Shown: positions 1-11,711 of the stretch, piece after piece
How the letters are laid out: each line of letters begins with the position of its first letter
Position numbering within the stretch: the first letter of the stretch is position 1
Origin: Vicugna vicugna
Lineage: Eukaryota
Assembly: GCA_013265495.1 (NCBI GenBank)
Contig: MU061544.1
Span: 396,214 to 460,213, forward strand
Direction: 5' to 3'
Length of the DNA stretch: 64,000 nt
The notes under the pieces: generated by a model
The model's input: only the letters and a program-made list of their open reading frames with translations
What the model was told of the DNA's origin: nothing
The model's database searches: none
Program-made: the position numbers and the translations under genes

Positions 1-819
1 ACCACTCAATAGACTAAAAAGATGAGGCAGATTTTCCCATCAGATAAGAGAAAAATTGAACAGAGATATAAGACTTTTTAGAACCTTTTGATGCTGAGGC
101 TATTAATAATCTGTGAAGCAAGGTGATAACTCTTAGCTCCCAGTTGTTTGAATGAATTTAAACTGAGTACTCAGCTCAGCCAGCTTCTTTATATAGAAGA
201 CAAGTAAATATAATGGCAAGGACATGATATACTTGTACTGGGGTTCCAAAAATATTAAAATCTGAGATTGCCCATTGATTTTTGTTAGTACAACATATTT
301 GGGTTCTCTCCTTTGAAGAGTGATTAAGTTGGTACATAGAAACCTCCATTCTGAAAGCTGTATTGAAAATAAACCTAAATTTAGACAATGTCTCCTCTGC
401 TTTTATGATTAAACAAGGGTAATTGTGGAACATGAAATTGGAAAATAAATCTAGTAAAGCCTTGGCTTTTCATGAGATTAATGGATTCACTGATGTATGC
501 TCCTCAAAGGAGTTCTACATAAAATATATTCTAATAGCTTACTTAAATTTTCATAGTATACCTTAATATAAAAATACAGGAAATCTGTTGATTATTTAGC
601 TATGGAAATGGAAAACTTTGGAAGATAGGAAATTGAGACTCTCCCAAAGTATGGCCTAGTAACCATTTTATTCTTAGATCTAAGAATGGATTGAGTAAAG
701 CTGTGAAAATTTTACATATTTTCAATTCCCATGTATCTTTATATAAGGACAAGACAATCCTAGATGGGGATCAGTATTCATGTAATTCAAATTCCAAAAA
801 TCAATGATTGGTATTGTAC

Positions 820-1121
820 AAAATAACTGCATTCCTGAGTAAAGGTATTCCTAAAAAATGTCAGGGTCATAAAAGACTTAAAAAAAAAATCTGAGAATCT
901 ATTCCCAATTAAAGATACTACAGACATATGACAACTAAATGCAAAGCAGGATAATGGATTGGCAACTACAACCAAAAGAATTACAAATATTCTAAAAGAA
1001 TATTTTGGGACAATTATAAATTTTGATTATGGACATTATATTAGCTAATAATACTATTAAAATAATAAATTTCCTGACTTTGCTACTGACGATGAGGCTT
1101 TGAGAATATTAGGAGAGATGC

Positions 1122-1152
<31 letters not shown>

Positions 1153-1290
1153 GAGACAAAAACTTAGAAAAAGGTGATAAAACAAATGTGACAAAATATT
1201 AACAACTGATTAATCTGGTTGAAGAATATATGAGCATCCTTTATTCTTTCCTTGCAACTTCTCTGTAATTTTACAAGTTTTAAAAAGAAA
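820..1290 (+). mobile_element. Old L1M (L1MC/L1ME-type) 3' UTR remnant
   Basis: Motifs 'gacatatgacaactaaatgcaa', 'ttatggacattatattag' and 'ttcttgcaacttctctgtaa' resemble old eutherian L1 3' ends. Confidence 0.65.
1122..1147. repeat. (AT)13 microsatellite
   Basis: Read directly from the sequence. Confidence 0.95.
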
Positions 1291-1304
1291 GTATTAAAAA
1301 TGGC

Positions 1305-1720
1305 TATTAAACAGTACATATTGGCAGGCACTGTTCTAGATTAACAAGAAAATAATGTAGCTAAAAATCATGGTGCTTGGATTCTAGTGGACGAAAACAG
1401 ATAAAAACAGCAAACCAGTAAATAAACTAATTAATTTTGAATAGTGATGCAGTTGAAGAAATACAGAGGGTAGTACCATAATATGGTAGAAAGAATTGGA
1501 GTGAAGGGTGTTATTTATATGTGTTGATACCAGAAGGCTTCCCAGAGGAAGTCATTTGGAACTGGGCTAATCATTGGGATATCTTCGGAAAAGACATCCA
1601 GACAGATGCCCTTGAGATTGGACAATGCTTTGTAAGACAAGAAACAAAGGAAGGCCAATGTAAATAGAGCTTAGTGAACTACCAGGGAGTTCATAAAAGA
1701 TTGAGGTTAAAGTTTAGATC
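1305..1720 (-). mobile_element. L2 3' end remnant
   Basis: 'caggcactgttctag', 'aaggcttcccagaggaagt' and 'aaggaaggccaatgt' are typical of antisense L2 3' ends. Confidence 0.65.
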
Positions 1721-2554
1721 ATTCTGCTTACTTAAATTTTTATTTCTGGGTAGGACATTCTGCTCTCTGAAGAGACTAAAGCTGAGACAATTCTGGATCC
1801 TGAAGGCTACAGGTAAAGGTGCTGTCATAATAGACAACCCCTAGATGACCTACCAGCCAGAGCTAGAATGGACTAGATAGTTAACATTAATATGAGCATT
1901 GGTTAAACTTAAGGGTACATGTGGCTTGGCCTCCCTCTTCTGGAGAATAGACTACAAACTGAATTGTTTCCTTTGAGCTAGAGCTTCCTATTCCCCATAT
2001 AAATTAAGTAAAATATGTTGGGCTTGAATTTTAAAAGCCCTAATTAGGTTTTGTAGCATATAATTTATAACATATAATTTTGCCCAGAGATTATTTATGG
2101 ACCAAAAAAAAAGGGGGGGACAAAGAATAGGTTTAAGTTTTATTATTTTCTTTTTTCTTTGTACCCCTCCCCCATTCTCACCATTTACCTAAAGAAACAA
2201 GAGCAACCACAGAACAGAGAAAGTGAGATGGCACATTAGATGGAATTTTTTCCTCTGCCTCTTGGATCAAAGGATTAATGATGTTAGAGACACTTATCAT
2301 TCTGCAGAAGTGGACGACTGGAAATGACAGGGGCTTCTCCAGAAATCATGCTATGGTTGCGATTTTGAAATCTCCATGTTGAAGTGGCTCTGTATGAATG
2401 TTTTGCCCCTTCACTGAGCGTCATCTCATTTGTGAAGGCATAATCATCGGTCAAAGCTGCAGGAAAGTAGAGCAGAGTGGTTTCTTGCCCCATGGTGGAA
2501 TTTTACCACCACCTTCTTTGTATTTTAAGACCCTGACTATGTAACATATTCTTC

Positions 2555-2731
2555 TTTTTAAACATGTAATTTTCTAAAATTTTTACTTATTTATTTCACT
2601 GGGGGGGAGGTCATTCAGTCTATTTATTTACTTATTAGTATTATTATTTTTTTAATGGAGGTATTGGGGATTGAACCCAGGACCGCAAGTGTGTTAAGCA
2701 TGTGCTCAACCACTTGAGCTATACCCTCCCC
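2555..2731 (-). mobile_element. Camelid tRNA-Ala-derived SINE (Vic-1-like)
   Basis: Minus strand reads GGGGAGGGTATAGCTCAAGTGGTTGAGCACATGCTTAACAC...GGTTCAATCCCCAATACCTCCA, then an A-rich linker, a C-rich tail and an A-rich end. Confidence 0.9.
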
Positions 2732-3129
2732 TCCCTGCATTCTTTTTTAATTTGGCATATGTTCTAACAGATATGTGTTGTTCCCTGCATGAAGCATGAG
2801 ATTATTACTAACACTCTTCTTTGTCTTTACCTTAAGCAACTGACTGCTTTAAAGATGAACTTTATAAATATCCCGTATGTAAAATCTATAGACAAATAGA
2901 ATTCTATTTGCTCCTGATTATTTCACAAGCACAATAAATCACACCTACGTCTGCAGGAAGAGGGAGGATGATGACAAGCATCTTTTAAAAGCTAAAGAGG
3001 AGAGGACAGAAAAAGATGAAGCTGGATCAAGACCTGAGAGGGTAGGTGTGACAGCAGAGCATCATGCGACTCTGGAAATGTTGATGAAAATGATGGTTTT
3101 AGCTTAGAGGGAAAAAAAAGCCTAATGCG

Positions 3130-3610
3130 ATTTGGTCCTTGACTACCTCTCCAACCTCATCTCCCACCCTTTCTGTCTCACTCACTGCACTTTAGCCACC
3201 TGGTTCCTTGCTGCTCCTCCTACCAGCCAAAGACTTCCTCCCAATAGGGCCTTTCATTGGCTTTCCTGGGTTGCTTTCCCTCCAGAAGGTCACAGGGCTA
3301 CATCCTGCACTTCATTCCAGTCTCCAGCTGTCTCCTCTCAGCAGCCTTGCCTGAGCTTCATATTGAAATTAGTAATGTCCTTCTCTAAAACCTTACTCTG
3401 CTATATTTTAATACAGACTACTAATTACCACCTGGAATTTTCATCATCTATTCATTTTGTGGTAGCGAGGTCTATGGTCTCCTGCTTTAGACTGTGAATT
3501 CTGGAAAGGCAGCAACTTTGTTGGTTTCATTCACTACTGTAGTTCTCACTCAAAGAACACTGGTGCATAAAAGGCATCAAGCGTATGCAGGATGAAGAAT
3601 GAAAGAATTC
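3130..3610 (+). mobile_element. L2 3' end remnant
   Basis: 'ctacctctccaacctcatctccc', 'agactgtgaattctggaaaggcag' and a terminal (GAAT)-like tail. Confidence 0.75.
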
Positions 3611-5571
3611 TCATGTCATCAATGATGAAAGAAAATGATATATGACTTAAAAGTAAACTATCAGATTGTCCATGACTTCAGTCAAATTAGATTGCAAGGA
3701 AATTGATATGGCAAGTGGGTTCCAAAAAAGATGAAGCAGAAATAGAATAGACCCAGCAGAAAAAAGGCCTGCTTCTCTCAGAAATCAGGGCTCAGTAACA
3801 TCTTCAAGCCCTGGGGCATGAGATCTATGTTTTAGCACGGAACATCAGGAACAGCAAACTCCCTCACGCTGTAATAAACACTCATCGTGAACTTTGATTG
3901 CACATTCTGTTCTAGACGGCAAAGAGTAGTGTTGGGAACAAGATAAAACAGAAACTAGGATTATGTTCTTGATTCATCTTTAAAGGAGTACTGCTCTGCC
4001 TTTTTAACCCAGATTATAAAAGTGAAAGCTAAGTTGGACAACACTAATAAAAAAAATGATAATGACAAAATGAAAATCTGCCCTTGATGGGATGGCTTGT
4101 TTCATCCCTTAACCTTTATCAACTGCAATCTGAAGGAGTTCCTGCTTTATATAAAAGGCTGGAATTATTTTGGAAATTTTGAATCCCCTGAACTAATTGT
4201 TTTCCTATGTTACTGCTTTATTTTGTTTCTATTTAATAGCCTTCTGTTTACGCAGTTAGTTTCGATGTCATTGTCTGCCATCATATTGCACACTTCCTGA
4301 GAGTTTGGGACACAGCTTCCTCATCTTTGCAGCCTCCACAGTCTGCTTCATGCTGATTTTCAATTGACTGGGGATCAGTAATCGCCATTGAGCTATTCCA
4401 ATTGTAATGCATGTAAAACTTATCCTTTCAATAGACTTCCTAAATTTTATTTAATTTTTTCCTATTAGCTACAACCCCAACTCTTTTCAAACATCAGCAA
4501 CTTGTCTGTAGTTCAACATGAAAAAGAAAATGTATGTAAAATATAACTCATTCTCATTCTCTGTCATTTAGGGGATATCGACCACTGGTTATAGAGAGGA
4601 AAGATTTCAAGATGGGGTTGAGTCTTGGCAGCGTAATAAAGTATTGAGTGCTCAAGGCCATGGTTGTATCTTCCAGGCATTCTTTTTTTTTTTTTTTCCT
4701 GTTGTAGTCATGACAATTCCCATTCAAGTCTGTGAAATCTCTACCTCAGTGCCAAATTCTTCATGATTCATCATAATCTTTATCACTTACTGAGAATTTG
4801 AATGCAAATTCTGGGTGACTTTAAATCTCATTTCTTCTGGACAAACACAGTTTTGTCAGAAAATACCATATCCTGACAAAGAATGCGATTTTTTCTCTTA
4901 AGTGATATTGACATGCTTGACCCAAATTCCTTTCCAACAGTGATCTGCCCAGTTATGAAGCCTCAAGAGTTTTCCTTTGACCCAGTTAATATAATGTCAA
5001 AGGTAACTGCAAATGCTGAAGCATCTCACAAGCTCTGAAGGTTGAAATGCTCTCTCATTTAGGAAACCAAATAGAAATGCATTCAATTTTATCACCATAA
5101 TTGCCCTCTTGTAAGTAACAACAGACTCACATTTGAAGCAAGTTCTTATTCCACAAGTTCTTCTTCTGGGGGTGCTCACCGTCCTTACAGACTTAGAATG
5201 AAATGACTTGGTTTCTCACTCTAAATATCTCTGGCCCTACTCTATTACTCTACCACCCAATTCTGGTGAAACTTTTTACTACATTTATTGTCCTTTAAAA
5301 GATTTCTATAACATTTATTTTTTGGCTTCGGTTGGCATTCTAAGACCTGAAAGTCGTTGGTACTTTCAAGGAGAAGGAAGTAATTAGGAGATTTGGTAAT
5401 AATTATTTTGATAATACTTTTATTGCATGCATATTAGTTGTAAGGAAATGTGCTGAGTCCTAATTGCTGTTAGAGAGCAATTACTAAGGCTATAAAGAAG
5501 CTAACAAAGCAGTGTTTTTAGCTAATAAACAAACCATATTTTAACGATGTGGAATATGAAAGTTCCCTTGA

Positions 5572-5807
5572 TTTTTTTTTTTTTACTGAAGTATAGTCAG
5601 TTACAGTGTGTCAATCTCTGGTGTACAGCATAATGTTTCAATCATACATATACATACGTTTATTCATTTTCATATTCTTTTTCATTAGCGGTTACTACAA
5701 GATAGAACTTGGGTTTTTTTTTAAAATCTATTTTATATATAGTAGTTAATATTAGCAATTCTCAAACTCCCAGTTAATCCCTTCCTACCCCTTTCTCCCT
5801 GGTAATC
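5572..5807 (-). mobile_element. 5'-truncated young (lineage-specific) L1 3' UTR
   Basis: Poly-T, then 'tgaagtatagtcagttacagtgtgtcaatctctggtgtacagca', homologous to the L1 3' ends at 8682, 18819, 23186 and 59055. Imperfect TSD aaagttcccttg/aaagtccttg. Confidence 0.85.
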
Positions 5808-6249
5808 AAAGTCCTTGTTTATTTCCACTTCTGTTTTCTGTGTATAGTCACACATTTACCTCTTGACTGGCTAACCACCTTACTTCCAACATAACTCATT
5901 ACTCTCCTTTTTTGTTGCCTATATAGTGCTTTGTATTCTTACTTGGTATCAAATTTTAAAAACTAGAGACAAATTATGTAGTTTTATGTGGAGGAAATTT
6001 TGTATCTCCCACTAATAGCAGTCCCTTACCTACAACACCTGCGGCCTGTCAAACCACAAACACAAGTTCTGTTTGTCTTTTTTCTTTCAGACCAAATAAG
6101 GGTGCATGGAAGTTGTGCACTTATTCTACAAAATTATATTTGACAGAAAACAAAAATGCAAGAGAGGAGACAATATATGGACTATGTATTGGGATACAAG
6201 TTAGAATATGGTCTCTGACTGAACATCAAAAAGTACTGTGCGCATGTTG

Positions 6250-7150
6250 CTATTACTAATAAGAAATATTTGCTGCCTGTTTCCTAACATGCAGAAAAGG
6301 CTCCAACAATCAGAAGGAGCCAGATGGAGACAGAAACAAGATACGCAGCTGGCCCATCTGCCAAACACACTGACTCTAGCACACAGTCTGAGGAGATCTC
6401 AATGACTTCCCTTGGATAATCAACCTTATTCCAGAAAGTATTCTGTTCACTTGGCTTGCTACACAATGAGCTCATAAAAATAAGCACTTACTAGGCGTGC
6501 TGTATATTGTAAAAGGTTGCGCCACCACTCCTATTAGGAAGAAATGGTACCGCTATACGGCTGTTGAAGAATATTTTTCCTGCTCGCTCTTTTACAAATC
6601 GAATCTCATTTGTCATTTTCTGCCCACAGACTTAACTTATTTACAATCAGTTATATCATTTCTCTCTCCAAACTGGTTTTTACAGCACCTTCCACTCTGA
6701 TATCATCTGCGAATCTAATTTGGGTCCTATTTGCCCTCTCCTTATGGTCAGAAATCCATTTAATAGAGCCAAGAATCATTTCCTGGTACTTCAAAGGTCC
6801 CACTCTCATCTATCATTCTCCACATTTACGATCTCTTAGTTTGTTTTTAATCCGTTTTATCGTGTTCTCAAAACTTATTTGACAGTTTCTATACACTTAC
6901 TTGAATCACTGTATCAACCACCTTATGGAAGCTTAGACATTTATTATCCATTCTCCTTCCTTCATGCATTAATTTTATAATCTGTCCAAAAAAAAATACC
7001 TCTTAACTTTGCCCAGCATGATTTATGGTTAATGATCCCACTGTGTTTACTCTGCATGATTTCATTGTTCTCCAGATGTTTGTAGAATTTTGCTCAGTTT
7101 TGCTCGTGACTAAGCCCCATTCTGTGCTTCAGGAAGGGCTAAGTGGGTCT
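6250..7150 (-). mobile_element. Ancient CR1/L3 LINE ORF2 reverse-transcriptase fossil
   Basis: Minus-strand translation gives KHLENNEIMQSKHSGIINHKSC (~7015-7085), LSFHKVVDTV (~6905-6935), RFADDIRVEGAVKTSLEREMI*LIVNKLSLWAEN (~6615-6716), and ASQVNRILSGI...REVI. These are colinear with CR1 RT motifs (QHGF..KSC, LDFSKAFDTV, KFADDTKLGGAV..W, AAKKANGILGCI..REVI). Confidence 0.85.
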
Positions 7151-8539
7151 TTTGAGGCATGTGTTATTAACTCTTTCAGGTAAATTAGAGTAATTTGGTA
7201 AAAGTAACAATCATAGATGGACACATATAGTCAAATTCTTGCACCTCTCCATAATCACATAATGTAAATAAAACCACAATGAGAATAATGACTCTAGTTT
7301 TCATATATCTTGTCCTCCACCTACATATTTCCTTTCAAGTAAAATGCAATTAAGTTATTTGGGAGAGCTATTAAATATTTTATTCTATGCATTCACAAAA
7401 TCACAATAGCTCTAGGTAATTCTGCTTATTCCCAAACATGTCAAGTATTCCTGGGTCTACTAGCTATTCATTACATCGTTAAGAGTCAGAGTTTCACGAC
7501 TACTTCACCACTGTTGGATTTAGCAACATCTCTACTACACTAGAGCACTCAGGGTGTGATCAAAGTGGAACTCTATGCCATACAGAATGGGAAAAATTAC
7601 CCAGCTTTCTGCATCCTGGGCTATTCTGTCACCATCCTGAGTCCCTTATTGCACAGTGTCCTTTATGCAAGTGTCTTTTTCAGCTTCTGCCTGAAACTTC
7701 TCTCTCTATAGGGCTCATCAACCAGATCGCTCCATGGATCTGAGTCTATTCTCCCCCAACCTTGTTCAATTTCCTTTCCCTGGATCTACGGCACAAAACT
7801 TCCCCTTATAATTACACCAACAAAACAACAGATGAACAAGTAAGTCGGTCAATGTAAATCACCTCATTTAGATGGGATGGGTTTTCCAGACACTTTAAGA
7901 CAAGTTTGAATCTCAGTTTGGGCTTATGGTAGATCTTCTCTGCAGGTACTAAGGCACACATAGGAATTTACCACGTGGGTGAGATGAGGGAGTGCTTGGT
8001 ATTTTACTTAGTAAGATAGGGGGTTGTAGTATATGTAGGCTTCAAATCCTATATTTGGCAACAAAAATTGATCTCCTTGGCCATACTGAACCAAGGTACA
8101 AATAATAATGTTCTGCTACGATTTCTACAGGCCTTTGTTACTACATTACTCCTGTAACACCTCACTGGTTAAACTTCCTGGTTCTATCCTAATGAAACAA
8201 ATACCTGTTATGAAGCTACTATGTCTCAGACTGTCAGACAAGGTACTAGGTATTAGAATCAAAGAAGAGAGCAATCAAGAGGATGCTCACAGATAAGGTC
8301 TGTATAAAGAGGAAGGGCGAACTAAGTGTGCCTTGTGGAGTATGATGATTTAAACGAGAAATAAAAGGCAAACAAAGTTTATTCTAAACTTCAATTTCTT
8401 CACTTGAAATTAGTTTAACCATACCAATTCTAAATATATGGCTGGCAGGAGTCCTTAAAGTATTTTAAGATATGAAGAAACAATTTGCTCTTGGTAAAAT
8501 CTGTTGTATTGATATAAAGTGAGGGGTTAAATGAACTCA

Positions 8540-8965
8540 CTATCTGTATTTTGTCTCTTCCCTTTCTTCCTGGAACACATTTAGTCATCTTTTAACCTCC
8601 AATTCGTTTTAGAAACTTCTTTTGTTAAGATCACCAGTGATTTACACTTTGCTAAATCTAATGGCCAATTCTGAGGTCAACTTTCTTTCTTTCTTTTCTT
8701 TTTTTTTTAACTTAAGTACAGTCAGTTTACAATGTTGTGTCAATTTCTGGTGTACAGTACAGTCATACATATACACACATAAATTTCTTTTCATATTTTT
8801 TTCCATTATAGGTTACTACAAGATATTCAATATAGTCCCCTGTGCTATACAGAAGAACCTTGTTGTTGATCGATTTTATTTTCTTTATCCTTTCAGTAGT
8901 AGCATCTGACATTTCTAAAAACACTTCACCATATGACTTCCATGACACCATGCTCTAAGGGTTAT
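8540..8965 (+). mobile_element. L2 ORF2 remnant interrupted by a young L1 3' end
   Basis: 'gatcaccagtgatttacactttgctaaatctaatggccaattct' followed by 'tagcatctgaca' and 'gacttccatgacacca'. Confidence 0.7.
8682..8880 (-). mobile_element. 5'-truncated young L1 3' UTR
   Basis: T-rich tail followed by 'aagtacagtcagtttacaatgttgtgtcaatttctggtgtacag...tatagtcccctgtgctatacag'. Confidence 0.85.
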
Positions 8966-9389
8966 CCCCGTACCTTAAGAAGGTACAATATGCTTTGAAG
9001 AATAAGAGGATTATGTTCATGAAGCAATTGATATCACACATTGATAACATCCTGTGGTAACATTAAATTTACTCAGAAGACTATTTTGCCACAGTTACTG
9101 TACTGGGGGCTATCCTCACTAAAATTATCCCTCACTGCCAGATAAACTGGTGGGAGAATTACCTTTATACACATAGAAATTCCAATCCATTTTTAGTATC
9201 AGAAGTTTAAGTAAGAAAGGCACATCAGGTGTGTGGTGAATGCCTTTAAAGAAGTACATGAAAATATAAAAGAAACAACATAAAATATTAAATGAAAAAA
9301 CTTCCATTTTTAAAATATAAAAGTAAAAAGAACCAAAGGAAATAGAGAAAGTATAAGGAACTGGCATAAGAAAGTATCAAAGTAAACAA

Positions 9390-10260
9390 CAATTAGTGTA
9401 ATCAGATGGATACAAAAATTACTGCATCTATTAAACAAGAACAGAATACTAAAAAAGGAAGAACAGTCAGAGACAAAGTTTTCTTGTAAATTAAAACGGG
9501 ATAGCTGAAATAAATATAGTAGCAGTGATGAAAGTTACACTGAGGGAAGTCTCTTAGAAAGCAGACAGAGAAAACTGAATATTGGAGAAATAGTAAGAAA
9601 ACCAGACAACTGATCCAGAAGGTCAAATATCCAAGTAAATGATACGCATTCCAATAAACACAATCATGAAAGAGTATAGAAAATTATCAAAGAAATTATG
9701 CAAGAAAATAAAGGAAATAAGTGTTTGAATTGAAAATATTTTAAATCCATAGTAAATCGTAAGTTATATAATGGTGAAATGTCAGAACATGAGTGCCAAG
9801 TGATCATTAAAACTTTTTAAAAGAAAAACTACTACCACCGAATGAAAAAGGAGAATGGATATCAAAATGACATGGAACTTTTCTAAAGCTAAAAGGCAAA
9901 GTAGGGGGAGGCTTTTACATTGTGGAGGGAGTTTATTAACCTAGACTTTAAAATCTAAGACAATTAATTTATAATAGTAGACTGTATTACCAGATATAAA
10001 TACACCATTTTGTTTTATTCCCAGTAACCTTTTATTAGAAAGTTCATAAAGTATGTCTCCAAAAAAAAAAAAAAAAGGACAGAGTCAAACAGGAGAAGGA
10101 CCTAGCGGATGCAAAATGGCGGGGCAATGATGTAAAGTCTTGGGTCAACAGGGAAATACAGCTCCAGGACGAATCGTCATGGATTTGGTCTGGAGTGGAA
10201 TTAGTCCACCCTGACAGAGAACAGAGGCTCCAAAATGAAGGACTCCAAGGAGAACCAAAT
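9390..10260 (+). mobile_element. HAL1 / old L1M ORF1-like remnant
   Basis: A-rich stretch with 'gatccagaaggtcaaatatcca', 'gaaattatcaaagaaattatgcaagaaaat' and downstream 'ctccaggac...agtcca...gaggctcc', resembling HAL1. Confidence 0.55.
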
Positions 10261-11383
10261 TCAACTCACGTGTGAAATATTTCTGTAAGCCTCGTGAGAA
10301 AGAGATGCTACAACATCCGGTGGAAGATGATGTAGGTTAAGAAAAAACAATAAGCAAATGTATATACGTAAACATACATGGCGATGATTTAGTCTAAGAA
10401 AAGGAAAGCAGAGCCTAAGAAAAATATGTTCATACCACACTCCTTGGCAAATCAGTGAGTAAATATTTGATTCAGCAAAGTATCTTATGTATATACACAT
10501 ATATTAAACAGATTCATCTTTCCCATTGAAAAGTTGTGTTTCATTTAAATGCTGAGTAATCCTCTTTCTTTTCAGCAACGTATATTAATTTGCCACTTTC
10601 ATCAGTTTCCTAAATCTAGACTAAATTTACATCATTGTTATTATTTTCATGAAAATAAATAGAATATTTTCTTCCAGAAAAGACTTGAAGGTGCAGAAAA
10701 CTTCTTGTTCTTTAATGTTTTCAGGTTCCTTTAATGTATTCTGAAAGATAATCACCAGTACATGTCAGATGTTTCCTTAAGGAAACCATTCTCTAGACGT
10801 CCTTGAAGGAAGGTATAATTTCAGTTGTCTTTGACCATGTAAAATATCCCTTACCCTGATCAATTAATGATGGTGATTTAAGAGTTGTCAACCTGAGAGA
10901 CATTTACTTGAAAAGGTGATTTGCATTAAAGAAAAGGTGATCTTGAAGTCCTATCTCTTAAACCAGAAAACAGCAATTCTTTATAAAGCAAAAGCTTTCA
11001 TTGTCTGAAAACAAAATCACATTCCTGCTTATCATGCCTTTAGCAATGAAGCAGAAAAAAAGTAATTGGTTTTGAGCAGTTTTAAACAAGTATTACACAA
11101 TTCTAACAACATATTACTAACAAAATGTTCCTTTTTTACATTTCTTTTAATAGACCATCATGTTGATCAGATGGAGATAGAAATGGTATTCTATGATCTG
11201 GGTGATATAACACCAAACACCAAAAACAACGAGGGGAAATAACCTAAGAAATGTTAGTCACTGAGCATGATTTAAAGAAAATGTTCTGTAGCCATGGTAA
11301 TAACTGCCCAAGAGATTTTGTCTTCTTGAAGAATGGAATATGTACATTTTTAGTCATTTGCAAAAATAATTATCTATCTCATT

Positions 11384-11460
11384 AATAAACATTTCTATAT
11401 GAATATAGAAATTTCTATATTTTATAGAAAATATTCTATATTCATATAGAAATGTTTATT
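11384..11460. repeat. Perfect 27-bp AT-rich inverted repeat with nested inner palindromes
   Basis: aataaacatttctatatgaatatagaa (11384-11410) is the exact reverse complement of 11434-11460. Confidence 0.95.
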
Positions 11461-11711
11461 TTATATAAACATTTATCAAGAAAATTAGAACTGTTAAAAG
11501 TAAAAGTTGTTAAAAGTAAAGATTATTTTTAGTGCTTTTATTAGATTTATGAGTCCTTAAAGAGAACCTTATTACAAATACATTTGGAGTAAGATTTTAT
11601 GTTAACAAATTATACATGTATTCTTATTAACAATTATATATTATTAATTATAATGTATGAAATTATATATATTATATGTATGCAAAGTTATTCTAAGAAA
11701 GTGCTTTTTAA

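Noticed and set aside
3132..3497. 121-aa ORF
   Set aside because: It lies wholly within an L2 3' remnant, has a non-ATG start and shows no recognisable protein features
10725..10812. Plus-strand AG...GT-bounded 88-nt exon-like segment
   Set aside because: It has stops in all three frames and a weak donor (gtataa)
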